Origin: Eledone cirrhosa
Lineage: Eukaryota
NCBI GenBank assembly: GCA_964016885.1
Contig: OZ024742.1
Location: forward strand, 50,282,001 to 50,346,000
DNA: 64,000 nt
Direction of reading: 5' to 3'
The translations under genes were made by a program, and so were the position numbers. Positions 11,803 through 24,919 of this stretch are shown piece after piece. The notes beneath the pieces are model-generated. The model saw nothing but the letters and a program-made list of their open reading frames with translations, was not told the origin of the DNA and ran no database searches. Every line of letters begins with the position of its first letter. Position 1 is the first letter of the stretch.

Positions 11803-14279
11803 TGAGAGAGAGAATGAGAGAGAGGGGACCTATATATACATATATTCCTGTACGTAATATTAAAAAAATCATCTTATGTATGCCTGTATTCATGTATGTA
11901 TATATGTACAAATGTATACCTATATATGTGATTGTATGTATATAGATATGTACGTATCTATATATGTATGCCTGTATGTGTGCATTTTCTACATATGTAT
12001 GTAACTGAACTTTTACACAGAGACACCTATTCAAGCATGACATATGATATATGTGATGTTTATTGGTAATCTTAAACAGATTAAAACTCATTAATAATTT
12101 TAAAAAAATATATCAATCCTATTGAACGAAAATTATTTTTTTCATGAAATATGAATGAAGAAAAACTTCTACGTGTATGTAATTCATGGGTTGCGCTCGA
12201 AGTGTGTTTTGTTTTATTTACTGCATTATCGTAAATGTCGTCGGCATGTCTTTGGTAGTTTTCAAATTGGACTGCAAGTAGAAAATTACGCTGTCTGTAA
12301 GGATTGCAGTCTACTGTGTTTATAAAAATTAGGTTGAGATATGCAGCTTAGTGGATACGTGGTAGATATTACACTAAGTGTTTGAGGTTAGGATTTTGGT
12401 TTTAGAATTATATTCTAAGTTTAGCGATGATGGTAAATTTAAATACCATTTTTTAAAGCCCTGTTCTCCAATTTTTTAAATACCGATATCTGAAGAAATC
12501 TTCGCGAAATTATTAAGGAACACAGATTTACACGTATGAATCATTTCAAAATTCTATTACTATTTTAACTTTACTGCAAAGAGCCTATAGGTAACATCAA
12601 CTGTAAGGTATTTTAAACCTATTATCTCATAACTAATTCGTTAACAATAAAACTGATATTGTTTTTGTTGTTTTCGTTTTTGTTGATTTTATCAGGAAGT
12701 CAAACTTGATAGAGAGAGCAGTGTCGACAAAGCTGTACCACCACTGAAAATCCCATCATGTTGTATATGTAAAACTACATTGTCCAACATGTCCTTCCTT
12801 TTGAATGACTATGTTTCATGTTTATGTGGTGTTTACATCTAGCATTTTGTACTAATATGTAGAGGATTTTTTCATTCACTACATTTGCTCTTGTGGTTGG
12901 TGGTATATTCCAATTCAGCCCTACTCAAGCATATCTATGGTCAAAGCATATCAGCCATGGTCCTGATATCTTATTTCTACACAATGTATTCATGAATAGA
13001 TTTACAAAAGTGTTTTTCTTTTAAAATACGGAAAAATGGACTTTTATGATAATTTGATTGCAGTTTCTGTAGTTCAAATGTATAGTTGCTTGATGCATAA
13101 CAAACCAAAATATGTACATTTATTTAATTTTATCTTAACATTTGTTAAACATTCTGTACACCTAAATCGATATCTGGCTTAACCACGCCGTTGTAGTCTT
13201 TGGCTGCGTTTAGTGGGGTAGTTTTGACGGGACAATTCGATCTAAAGGTGTAATCACCTTCGCGTCGACGTTTATCCTCTACCAACCTAGACAATTTGAT
13301 CTGCATATAAATCTTTTTTAGGGCTGAAATGGTCATAGAAACTCCCTCCGCTTCACTTCCTCATAAAATAAATGTCTTGTGTGTATGGAATGGATAAAAC
13401 ATGTAAGATACAAGATATTGTGCGAACCTAGACTTGAAAAAATAAGCATACCACCATACAAACATATAGGCATGCACGCATGAATCCTTGAATTGATTTT
13501 ATTATATCATTGACTAAAAAAAATAAACTAACACATTATGCATCAGTATACGAGGAAAGGTATATTTTGTAATTACAGGTAGATCGAAATTATTTTTATA
13601 ACGCGTCTACATTTAGGATAGTTTAAACTATGGATACATTTGTCATTTTCTCTGCCCCTTAGGGAATTTCAAGCAGAGAATGAAACGCTTTTAGATATTT
13701 GTGTTTAATCAAGTTTAGGTTTCTCTTTATATATAACCACCTGTCACTGCGCGATTTATCAATATACATTGAATTTAACTTTCGGTGAAGAATCCCACTT
13801 GACTGTTAAGTGCTATAACTGTTTTAGTTCAATCTTTTATTTCAATTTTATTTACTCAAGTTTAGTTTCTATTTTTCTCTTAAATTTCTTCTAAAAACCC
13901 AAAAGATCCTCATAGAGGTAGTCATTTATAAAGACTAAAAATAAAGAAAAATATCCTCTATACACTTCCATCCATTAATTCAGTTTTATCTTTCTTTTAC
14001 AGAAATTCATGTTAAAAGCAAGTAATGCCGGGAACAAAATGTTGTTTAAAAGTATCTTGCAGATGAAGATATATTCAGTCAAGGAAGAAAAACTGAAATA
14101 AAACACAAAGCCCTACTGAAATGCGATATATAAAACCTTCCCTTATGGCTCTGTTTTAAAATTCCAATCCAATAATATTGAATAGAGCCATGGGTTAAAT
14201 AAGGCGGTTTGCATTGATATATTATACTATAAACAACGTTATGTACGTGGCTATGTTATTCAAACTAGCATTGCATGCT

Positions 14280-14329
<50 letters not shown>

Positions 14330-14653
14330 AATGTATGCCTGTGTGAGTGTGTTTGTGTGTGTATATATCCCTGGTTCAGTCGGTGGTAACCACTGTAAGT
14401 AAGGTAGTGCTCAATACATAGTAGTATATATAAAATATTTTATATAGAAATGGATTCTGTGTGAGTATATGTGTGTATTTTCTCGAGTGTATGGGTGTTT
14501 GTTTGAGTGTATGGGTGTTTGTGGGTTTATATTTATACACACAAAAATATATAATAACTACGATATTAATTCATATGTAAATACAGGTGTATATAATGAT
14601 TCGAACGTAAATAATATATTCAATATCTTTGTATATATAAGAATATGTAATTC

Positions 14654-14697
<44 letters not shown>

Positions 14698-14700
<3 letters not shown>

Positions 14701-15055
14701 CGTTTCTGAATTTGTTTAGCAAGATTCTTTATCTGAAAACGTATTAAAACCGATATTGTTATACTTTGGGAGAGTCATGTTGCCAATATGAAACACACGC
14801 ACCAGACGCTTTCACTCCAATGTATTATAAGCTAAACAAATTTTTTCAAAAAAATTTTCTTAAAAAAAAATTGTTTTTTCTTTTTAGATTTATAAATATC
14901 CGGTTGGTTCGTTGGTTGGTTCCACAACCGGACAGTTGTTCATATATTGTCAAAGTTCTTTCGTCACACATTATGTGACCTCTTCAGTGACTGGGGATTC
15001 TTTTCTTTGTTTTGTTCCTCCTTTGTTCTGTCCTACGCCATCTTGTTTTGATGTG

Positions 15056-15056
<1 letters not shown>
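14698..15056 (-). mobile_element. Solo PLE terminal repeat with minimal HHR (14949-14991)
   Basis: Matches 39003-39320. Minus strand reads GTCA-CTGAAGA-G-GTCACA-TAATG-TGTGAC-GAAA-GAACTT-TGAC; (AT)n on both sides. Confidence 0.82.
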
Positions 15057-15121
<65 letters not shown>

Positions 15122-15525
15122 TCATTCACCTAGCGAAGCGTTAGATTATATATATAGGCACAAACACACACACATGCACACACATTTTATGTGTGTAGAA
15201 ATCTTCTTATATATAATGCCATGTTTTTGTCCGTCACAAGAGATGACTGTCGAAGGTAGAGGTGATGACAAACTGACGAAGGAAGGGGTGATGAGCCAAC
15301 TCCAGGAAACGGCGTCTGTATGTGTGTATACCGAATTGGCTACACACGTTGGTTGTTATGATTATGTGAATGTTTGTGTGTGTGTATGTGTATGTGTGTT
15401 TTTTGTAAAATATATTTATATATAATACTTGAGTGAGTGGATATGTGTTTGTGTATGTTTATTTAGAAAGACAATATAATCACAGACACACGCGCATTTA
15501 CACATACACACACACATGCACGCAC

Positions 15526-15593
<68 letters not shown>

Positions 15594-16539
15594 CAGACAG
15601 GCTTAGAAAAAAAAAAATTAAATACACACACATCTGTGTGTTGAGTGTGAAAGGAAGAGGGCTGTGCAAAGTATAGAAAACAGGGAACAGCGTTCGCTAC
15701 ACCAGGGTTACTCACACATATAAATGTATTCATATACACACACATTCACACAAATACACATCCATATACTACACACACATACATATACTGACACACATAA
15801 ACATACTCACACACACATACACATAGTCACACACATATATGTTTGTGGATGTAATAATTATTTTCTCTAGTGAGTCTTTTTACGTATGTTTGTGTAGATG
15901 TGTGTGTATGTAATAATTATTTTTAACCAGCGTTCTTTCAGTAACTATAATCAAATGCATTCAAATAGGACGATCGATGTCTCATCTCAAAATCCATTAG
16001 ATAACATTGAGAAGTGTATTAACTTGAATTACCATCCATATGTTTTGTTAAAAATAATTATTACAATCACACACATCTACACAAACATATACATATACAA
16101 TCTCATTAGAGAAAACAATTATTGTCTGAGTATATCAAGAATATAAAACGGCCGCAGTTGAAAGGTATATAACCAATACATATCTACCCTTAATTTAACA
16201 GTTCATACATGTGCCTAATTTATTTATATTAAGAACTGTTTGTAATACATTTTGAATAGGGAGTTTTACAACATCAAATATAACTCACAGCCTGCTTTTT
16301 GTGGCTTTAACTCGTACGAGTTTAGGTTGTTTTTTGTAATGGAAAGCGCAAGTGAAAGGAAACGTCGTTTAACGAGACAAAGACAGGGGAATAGATAGGC
16401 AAGCCTCTCAGCTGAAAGTTCTGCTGCCATCAGAAATCAAAACAGATTCTGACAAACACGTCGCCGTGAAATTGAAACTGATTTTGAAACTGATGCAATA
16501 TTCTCCTCGGTGGACAGATGTGACAATTTTTACTTTAAG

Positions 16540-17448
16540 TGAGACTTTGCGAATATGTGTACAAGACAAATACAACGCATGGCTTCTTAAGCATAGGAAA
16601 TGGAACAGTCGCTAATGATGTGGGCTTAGATGAAGATCTAATAGAACTTTGATAAGAGACGTATTTGGCGACGAAATTTCTGTCGTAAGAATTGGCGATA
16701 TTGATGAAATTTCGACAAAAATTCTTTTAACACCAAAAAAGCAAAGATTCAATCGAACTGAATACCAAGATATTATCACTTCTAGATGGAAACTTACAGA
16801 TATATCAAAGTGTTCATATGTTAGTTGACGAAGAATATACGAGAATACGAGAATATCATGAAATATCAGGAAGAGTTTTTTAATTATCTGATGCTGCCAG
16901 GCATGCCCCCATACAATCTAACAACGAAGAAAAATTCCAATGTGATATTGCTGAGAAATTTGACACCTACTACTCGCTTGTTGAATGGTACTTGACTTTT
17001 GGTTTTATCTTCTAAATAATGTTATATTCATGCAAAAATCATTACAGACTGTAAAAAAAGGTAAGGAACCTTTGATACCACGAGTTGACCTGTGTCCGAG
17101 TGAATCAGATCTACTCTTCAATGTGAGCAGACGGTAGTTCACTGTGATACCAGCTTTCGACATGACTGTAAACAAATCGCAAGGACAGACATTCGAAAAA
17201 GTTTGTATTTACTTGCCAGCTCCCGTATTTAGTTCCGTATTTAGTTCCGTATTAAGTCGTACGAGAAAGAAGGAAAACATAGAAATTATTTTGAAGGAAA
17301 CAAGCTGTTAGTCGAATATAGATTTTTCACAAAAGATGTTCTAATAAAAGAATTATTATACTAAAAACTTTGGTTCTTGATTTTGTTCCCTTTTTATATA
17401 AAGAATATTACAATTAGGCGTCATTTTTGACGGCATGGGGCCAGCTAG
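16540..17448 (+). mobile_element. Helitron relic: degenerate PIF1-like helicase C-terminus and 3' terminus
   Basis: Translates to PGMPPYNL...VILLRNL...LNGT, IPRVDL and PAFDMTVNKSQGQTFEKVCIYL. Hairpin CGTCA/TGACG at 17419-17432 followed by CTAG at 17445-17448. Confidence 0.88.
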
Positions 17449-17496
17449 TATATATACACACATATATACAAACACACACACACACACACCACACGC

Positions 17497-17573
<77 letters not shown>

Positions 17574-18084
17574 TCTTAATAGGCATTTGAACTGTCAACA
17601 GGCTGCGGTTCCCACACACATCCCTGCTAACCATTATCACAAAAACGAATACTTTACTACTACTACACACACACACACACACACATATTTGTTGTGAAAG
17701 AGTCATTTCTCAGTCAGCCGACACAAACCTACATTTGGCGCAAAATCAATTTTTTACATTCACATGACCTCTACCGACCAATCAAAATTGTTTTGACCAC
17801 AAGACTTTTTGCAACACGAATTGGCGCAAAACCTATTTTAATACCGCTGGAGCCACTTTTTTAACAATAACAGGTAGAATTCCCAAAACTAATCAGATCA
17901 GAGCAAACATCACGGACGCTCTATCTCAAAATTATTTTTGAAAAGCATTAGAAATGCGCAACCGGTAAAACTTAAAACCAAAATTGAATACTAACCAATA
18001 CAATTACTAATTCTCACTTATTCCTAATTAAACTATTTTTCACTGTGGACAATTTGTCAGCATTTTCTATTCCGTTTACCAATA

Positions 18085-18217
<133 letters not shown>

Positions 18218-18220
18218 ATA

Positions 18221-18835
18221 CGGTATGTTTATAAATAAAAGTTTAGAAAGCCATAGCTATGAATAACACACTGGCAGCTAACGCCACCAGGCGGTATCCG
18301 GCAGAAGCAAGAGGGACAATTGTCGATGCATTTTGAACTCAACTGGTTTTCGTCAGGACGATGTTTCCCGGTTTTGCAACTGCCGGACTTTCAAAACAGT
18401 CGAAAATATATAGGTTCCTCGTCTTTGTAAATGAGATGAGTAATATCATTTGCAAATGAAGCTGTATAAGATGACTCAAATTATAATAGAATATAATTAG
18501 GATTTAGATTTGAACATAGCTGTATACAAACATGTATCTGAATTTCGCATTTCTAAAGAAACACGGTATGTTTTAAAATTAACATTTAGAAAGCTATAGC
18601 TATAAATAACACACTAGCAGCTAACGTCACCAGGATATGCCCGGTAGAAGCACGGGTACGGGACAATCTCCGATGCATTTCCAACTCAACTGCTTCTTGC
18701 CATGACTATCACTCCCGCTCTTGCAAGTGTCGGACTTTGAAAACAGTCGAAAATATATAGTTTTTTCGTCTGTTTCAAATACGAAATTGAAATACATATT
18801 TGTATAGAGCTTTGTTCGAAGCTAAATTATAATTC
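18221..18835 (-). mobile_element. Retrozyme-like family B: 1.6 tandem units (343 bp period) plus an opposite-orientation 3' tip at 18778-18835; decayed HHRs at 18319-18362 and 18666-18709
   Basis: CGGTATGTTT recurs at 18221 and 18564. Minus strand reads ATCGTC-CTGACGA...AAAA-TGCATC-GACAAT; homologous to 54890-55425. Confidence 0.78.
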
Positions 18836-18905
18836 AATCCTCTCTGTCTCTCTTTCTCTCTCTCACTCTCTATCTCTCCCTCTATCTATCTATCTATCTA
18901 TCCCC

Positions 18906-18976
<71 letters not shown>

Positions 18977-18999
18977 AAAGTTAAACAAGGTTCAATTAA

Positions 19000-19387
19000 T
19001 ACATCAAAAAATGAGTTTTACAATAAATTGGAAGCACTCAACAGAGTCGTTTTCCAGAGTTATTAATATTAATTCAAAATATTAACAAAATGCGTATTCT
19101 TGTGATCAATTATATTTTATTATACATATTTCAGAGGTACTGAGTTAAGTTCAACAGTACGTCCTCATCAGATAAAATAAGATGATGTATGACATACCCT
19201 GACATAGTAGATGGTTAATACACTACCATGACTGAATCTTAACCATCTACTATGTCAGGGTATGTCATACATCATCTTATTCTATCTGATGAGGACGTAC
19301 TTTTGAACTTAACTCAGTACCTCTGAAATATGTATACTAAAATATAATTGATCACATGAATATCTAATTTGTTAATATTTTGAATTT
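19000..19387. mobile_element. PLE terminal-repeat fold-back palindrome with an HHR in each arm (19114-19178 minus, 19279-19343 plus)
   Basis: Inverted arms of ~149 bp (19070-19218 and 19239-19387) with a 20-nt spacer; CTGATGA..GAAA-TATGTATA as in 7711-7773. Confidence 0.85.
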
Positions 19388-19604
19388 ATATATATATATA
19401 TAAATATAATTTCAGTGAGATCCTATTTTGGCTGCGGCCAAAATCAAAGCGAAACGCAATTTTCGAGATATGCGGCAAGCGCGCAATGGACTAATAGAAG
19501 ACCAGAGCAATTAACATACGTTATAGAGGCCAAACAAACTGAAAATAGTGGTCATGAAGCTAACAACCACAGGAGCCAAAAAAACGAAGCAAGCTAAACA
19601 GGTT

Positions 19605-19652
<48 letters not shown>

Positions 19653-19655
<3 letters not shown>

Positions 19656-20685
19656 AAAAATGGAAAAGAATGAAATGAAATTTCATTTCTCACTCTTAGT
19701 ACAGCTGATACTCAAATATAAGTATGTGTACGTACATACATATATGTATACAGACGTATTGTAGAATGTATATATATACATACATGCACACATATATATA
19801 TATATGTACGTATGGGTTTACCGAACGTTTATTATAATGTTCGGTTTGTTTGTAAACAAACAGCCCGAATTAATCCGTACAGTGTTCGGCAACCATCGTC
19901 GCCCTTTGTTCAACACTGACAAAGGAACGATGAACTAGATTCAAGCTTATCAGCTATCGTCAGCACCGTATACCTTCCTGTCAGATGATTGAACGTTTGA
20001 AAGTATATACTTTCCTCATGCATATTATCGGCTGAGCAGCATAATTTAGATATCGAGTGAATTAGTGGGCCGGGCGTTCCGAAAATGATAAATGGAAAAG
20101 AATGAAATGAAATTTCATTTCTCACTCTTAGCACGTCTGAGACTTAAATATAAGTATGTATACGTACATACATATATGCATACATATAAATATGTGTGCA
20201 TGTATGTATATATATACATACTACTGTACGTCTATATACATATATGTATGTACGTATACATACTTATATTTAAGTATCCACCGTACTAAGAGTTAGGAAT
20301 GAAATTTCATTTCATTCTTTTCCATTTATCGTTTTCGGTACGCCCGGCACACTAACTCACTCGATATGCAAATTAGGCTATCAGCCGTTAATATGCATGA
20401 GGAAAGTATATACTTTCAATAGTTCAATCATCTGACAGGAAGGGTACGGTGCTGACGATATCTAATAATTTTGAAACTAGTTCATCGTTCCTTTGTCAGT
20501 GTTGAACAAAAGTGCAACGATGGGTGCCGAACACTGTACGGCCTAATTCGGGCTGTTTGTTTACAAACAAACCGAACATTATACTAAATGTTGGTAAACC
20601 CATACGTACATATATATATATGTGTGCATGTATGTATATATATATACATACTACTGTACGTCTGTATACATATATGTATGTACGT

Positions 20686-20695
<10 letters not shown>
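19653..20695. mobile_element. Family A locus (diverged subfamily): minus-sense 19653-~20180 and inverted plus-sense ~20185-20695; mutated HHRs at 19927-19969 and 20446-20488
   Basis: Aligns by eye to the 8431-8875 unit; octamer at 20366-20373. Confidence 0.88.
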
Positions 20696-20729
<34 letters not shown>

Positions 20730-20734
<5 letters not shown>

Positions 20735-21052
20735 TAAATTTAGTCCTTCATCAATGATCTTCCAGCCTTCATTGGTATTTCATCGCTTTGAAGACCATCC
20801 GACCTGGTCGGAATGGGAGTGAGGAAAGAATTTCTCACAGGTTAAACGGGATGAATTAGGAGAGGGAGTAGCAGAGAGTGAGTGAGTGAAGGTGTGAGGA
20901 AGAGACTAACAGAGAGAGTGGCTGGCAGAGGGTTAAAAGGAACTGATAGATACGGAGAAAGGGGAAGCAGTTAGAAAGAAACAGACGGGCCATAGCGGAG
21001 GAAAATATATAAATATGTGAAAACATGGCGTTCTGCGTTATTTGCAAATGAA
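20730..21052 (-). repeat. Dispersed repeat family E (homologous to the tandem array at 46619-48029)
   Basis: Reverse complement shares AAAGCGATGAAAT...TGATGAAGGACT...TTCAT(AT)n and the pyrimidine-rich body. Confidence 0.65.
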
Positions 21053-21073
21053 TAAATTTATATATATGAATAA

Positions 21074-21149
<76 letters not shown>

Positions 21150-21239
21150 ATGAATGAAGTAATTCCGTCGGAAAAGTCCAGGAAAACAGAGTTTTTTTTT
21201 TTTCTTTTAAATCCTAATTCAATAAACAAACCAGGATTT

Positions 21240-21299
21240 TTTCATTCTGAGGATTGAAAGCAAAACCTTTTGCTTTTAAGAAACCACTGGTAAATGAAA
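21240..21299 (+). ncRNA. Type I hammerhead ribozyme, intact core
   Basis: TTTCATT-CTGAGGA-TTGAAAGCAAAA-CC-TTTTGCTTTTAA-GAAA-CC-ACT-GG-TA-AATGAAA: 7-bp stem I, ~11-bp stem II, GUA cleavage site. Confidence 0.9.
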
Positions 21300-21331
21300 T
21301 GATTGCCTTATGTTGTTTATTACATAATAAT

Positions 21332-21383
<52 letters not shown>

Positions 21384-22115
21384 CATAAATATGTGTATGT
21401 GTGTGAGTAGACTTGAAAACACAGATACATGTATACAAACACAACCATGACTTATGTAGCAGTTAGAAATATAATATGTGCGCACCCCAACACAAATGAT
21501 CAAAATGATAATCGAACCCTATAAATCATATTTGCAAAAAATCAGAATTACTCTGGAAAAGAAAAACATTGTAGACAGAGACAATAGGATAGGAATGGAT
21601 CACCACACCTCTCGGACACTGTGTGTTCTTTAAATACTAAGCTTTAAAAATGTTCATTAAAAAATACCCCCCTCCCCCCAACCACCCCAACACAAAAACA
21701 TTTAAGTGACCAATTTATAGGGCGACCATGCCTATAAATGCATGGGGAGTGGAAGCAACGAATCAAAACCTATAGTCGTTATCTCCCTAAAATTTCGCCT
21801 CCAAGCGTTTCCTTATCTTTATCTTCTATATCCTTAATTTATTTGTACTTTCCTTTATTTTCTATACAATTGCTAGATGTTATATTTACTATGTTTTGTT
21901 TTAATACCGATTCCCTGTTTGTTTTTTGGTTTTGTATGCCCTGTGAATGCAAGTGGGATTGGTGGTTATTTGACGACGAATGACTTACATGACATGTACA
22001 TTTATAAAACATAAGAACATAATAATGGTCGGAGCTTAAACTCTGTTGCATACTTTTCCCTTTTCCCTCACTCCATTCACCCACAAACACATCCACTCAC
22101 TCGAATAGAGATGTC

Positions 22116-22167
<52 letters not shown>

Positions 22168-22191
22168 AATTCAATAAACAGACCAGGATTT

Positions 22192-22251
22192 TTTCATTCT
22201 GAGGATTGAAAGCAACATTTTTTGCTTTTAAGAAACCACTGGTAAATGGAA
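22192..22251 (+). ncRNA. Type I hammerhead ribozyme, second copy of the 21240 motif (repeat ~22169-22280)
   Basis: Same core and stems; differences fall in loop II or create a G-U pair in stem I. Confidence 0.88.
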
Positions 22252-22439
22252 TAATTGCCTTATGTTGTTTATTACATAACTATATATATATATATATATA
22301 TATAAGCTAATAATATTGTGTATACTTATATATGAGTTATATATAATTATAAGTATGAAAGGGTAGTATACTGCACTACCCGATTTCTAGTAACAGAAAT
22401 AGCTCAATGTAAATTATCAGATGTATTAGGGAGCAGAGA

Positions 22440-23115
22440 TACAGATATAAAACAATCAAATTGTTGCTTAATACATTTAATTGCTGACGATCATTTCTTC
22501 CAGATAATTGTCTGGATCATCGGAGCGTACACATTGTTTAAACATGTAATTACATTCCGAAATATTTTTGAATGCTACTAACTTGCCTAATTTTACATAT
22601 ATTATTCGCATTACATAACATTTATATATATCCTATCATTACGTATCTATTTTTACCATAATGCATGCCATTTTTAACATTCTGTATGTAATAAGCTTCA
22701 TATATTCACTTTCTGTCTTACCTCTGGCATGCTTTTATTAATATTCTGTATATTTTTATTCATATTTACTTATTATAACACCTTTCAATGCTATGATATC
22801 TTTTTACTGTAATATGTATTTGCACCTGTGTTAACTTTATGCATAACTTTCTCTATAATATGCCTATTATAATTATTTAAAGTAATAACCTCTTCACAAC
22901 AGCTCCCAATATTTTGCTAATTGTTCACTATAATATCATTTTGTTACTCTTGCTTTTCAATATGATGTCACTGACACTATTCATAATATTGTATCTTAAT
23001 GAATCTTCTGAAGACTAGGAATCTCATTACTTGTTGATGATTCCATACAATTATCTGGAAGAAACGATCATCAGCAATTAATTGTATTAAGCAAAAATTT
23101 GATTGTTCTATAGTT
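22440..23115. mobile_element. PLE-type remnant with inverted terminal repeats carrying decayed HHRs (22483-22526 minus, 23031-23075 plus)
   Basis: Consensus YYGATGA-TCCAGA-CAATTA-TCTGGA-A-GAAA-CGATCGTC-AGC; inverted arms of ~70 bp. Confidence 0.65.
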
Positions 23116-23152
23116 TGTGTGTGTGTATATATATATATATAAATACATATAA

Positions 23153-23237
<85 letters not shown>

Positions 23238-23279
23238 ATAACAGAAAAAACTGTATTCTTATAAAAATAACATAAACAT

Positions 23280-24625
23280 AAAGCTAAATTATCAATTCAA
23301 TAATTTCATTCAATCAAACCACCATAGGCATCAATAACTGCCTCTTCACGGGGTCGAAATCGTTTACAAGCTCGGATTAAGTGGTCCTTGTTCATATCGA
23401 GCAGACTCGAATGATGGCGGCTTTCAAAGAATCATTGTTGCTATGGGGTGTTCATTGACAATTTTCTCAACAGTCCTCCATACATAGTAGTCCAGTGGAT
23501 TGAGATCTGGACAATTAGGAGGCCAAATGTTGGGGGTTATGTAATCATGCAAGTTGTCAGTCATCCATTATTGTGTCATTTGAGCCTTGTGTGATGCTGC
23601 AGAATCATGTTGAAAAAAATAAGGCCTTCCATTGCATACACTGATGATCCAAGGCTTAACAACGTTATCCAGAACCTCAATATATGCAACAGCATACACC
23701 CTAAGACCTTGTGAAAAAACGTGAGGAGGCATCACATATCCTTCATTGCTATCAACACCCAAAACCATGACACTTGCAGGAAATGTTGTGTGCATTAGAC
23801 TTGGCACCTCAGAAGGGTCTGCACATAGCCACTGTCATTTCTTCTGTTAGATTCCTGGTCCTGGTCAAAGTCTTTCTCATCTGAGAAAAAACCAAATCAC
23901 ACCATCTTATGATGGATTTTTAAGTTTGTTTAAAAGTCTTTTGGATCTGATTAAACACTTTTTTGTTTTTTTTCTGACATTAATTGACCTCTTCTCATCA
24001 CCTAAGATTTGTATCTGATATCTTTATACACAACATTTCTGATTGTTTTTTCTGACACCAAAACTTTTTGCAATTGACCTCATTGATTTTCCTGGATTGT
24101 CATTAACGTTTTGCTTAACTTCCTGAAAAAATTCAGGTGTCCTGATAGAATCAGTGCGTTTGGAATGTTTTCTACGTTTTGATACAGGTAATACGCTTCC
24201 ATCTTCTTTCTCTAACTCACACTGAATTTTGAAACTTTCAGAAAACGAGAAATTACTAAATCCTCATGCTTAGCCCTCAAAGCCACCATCACGCATACCT
24301 TTTCATTTCATTATTAAGCATAGGGGGTGGATTGGCAGTATCGGTAGTGAGTCGGACACCATGCTTTGAAGCATAGAGTTACGTCCCTTTATGATCTGAT
24401 TTCAATTCCCGCCGAGGTTAACTTTGCCTTTCATCCTTACGGGGTCGATAAAATAAAGTACCAGTAATGTACTGAGTAATTGCTGCCCTTGTGCCTAAAA
24501 TAGAAACAATTATTAAGCATAGTTATTTTCATTGTTATTTTCTGAAATGGAAATTCAATAAAACTTAGTCAAATAAAATAATGACTAAAAATACATGTGT
24601 ACTCAAATACCGCCCGCAATCTGCA
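23280..24625 (-). mobile_element. Tc1/mariner-superfamily transposon relic, DD37D (maT-type), interrupted by a SINE
   Basis: FQHDSAASHKA...WPPNCPDLNPLDYYVW has 37 residues between the second and third catalytic D; stops and frameshifts present. Boundaries approximate. Confidence 0.85.
24324..24508 (+). mobile_element. tRNA-derived SINE (octopus OK-type)
   Basis: Core CCGAGGTTAACTTTGCCTTTCATCC..GGGGTCGATAAAATAAAGTACCAGT; 14-bp TSD ATTATTAAGCATAG at 24310-24323 and 24509-24522. Confidence 0.88.
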
Positions 24626-24649
24626 TATATATATTGATTTGTTAGAAAT

Positions 24650-24850
24650 CGTAGTGCGTGTGGCTCATATTTCGCAGTAATTGTTTTGGTTGTTTGCATT
24701 CTTCTCAGGTCACATCACGCTGAGGTCAACTATGCCTTCCATCCTTTCCGCGGTCTATAGAATAAAGTAACAATCAAATACTGGTTTCACTATAATTGTC
24801 TTTCTCCCTACCACTAAATTGCTGTTCGGGTGCCAACATGAGAAAACATT
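24650..24850 (+). mobile_element. Older degenerate copy of the same SINE family
   Basis: GAGGTCAACTATGCCTTCCATCCTTTCCGCGGTC..ATAAAGTA core. Confidence 0.7.
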
Positions 24851-24919
24851 GTGTTATAACTATGGATGTAGAATCTACCGCTTGATTATTTTCTATTGCT
24901 GTTTCGATTATTTCCGAAT

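Noticed and set aside
13145-13336. 63-aa non-repetitive ORF with a possible splice acceptor
   Set aside because: No recognisable domain or partner exons; cannot be supported without homology or RNA data.
13985-14101. Polypyrimidine tract + CAG followed by a 32-codon frame (possible terminal exon)
   Set aside because: Such signals arise by chance in AT-rich DNA, and the peptide is not recognisable.
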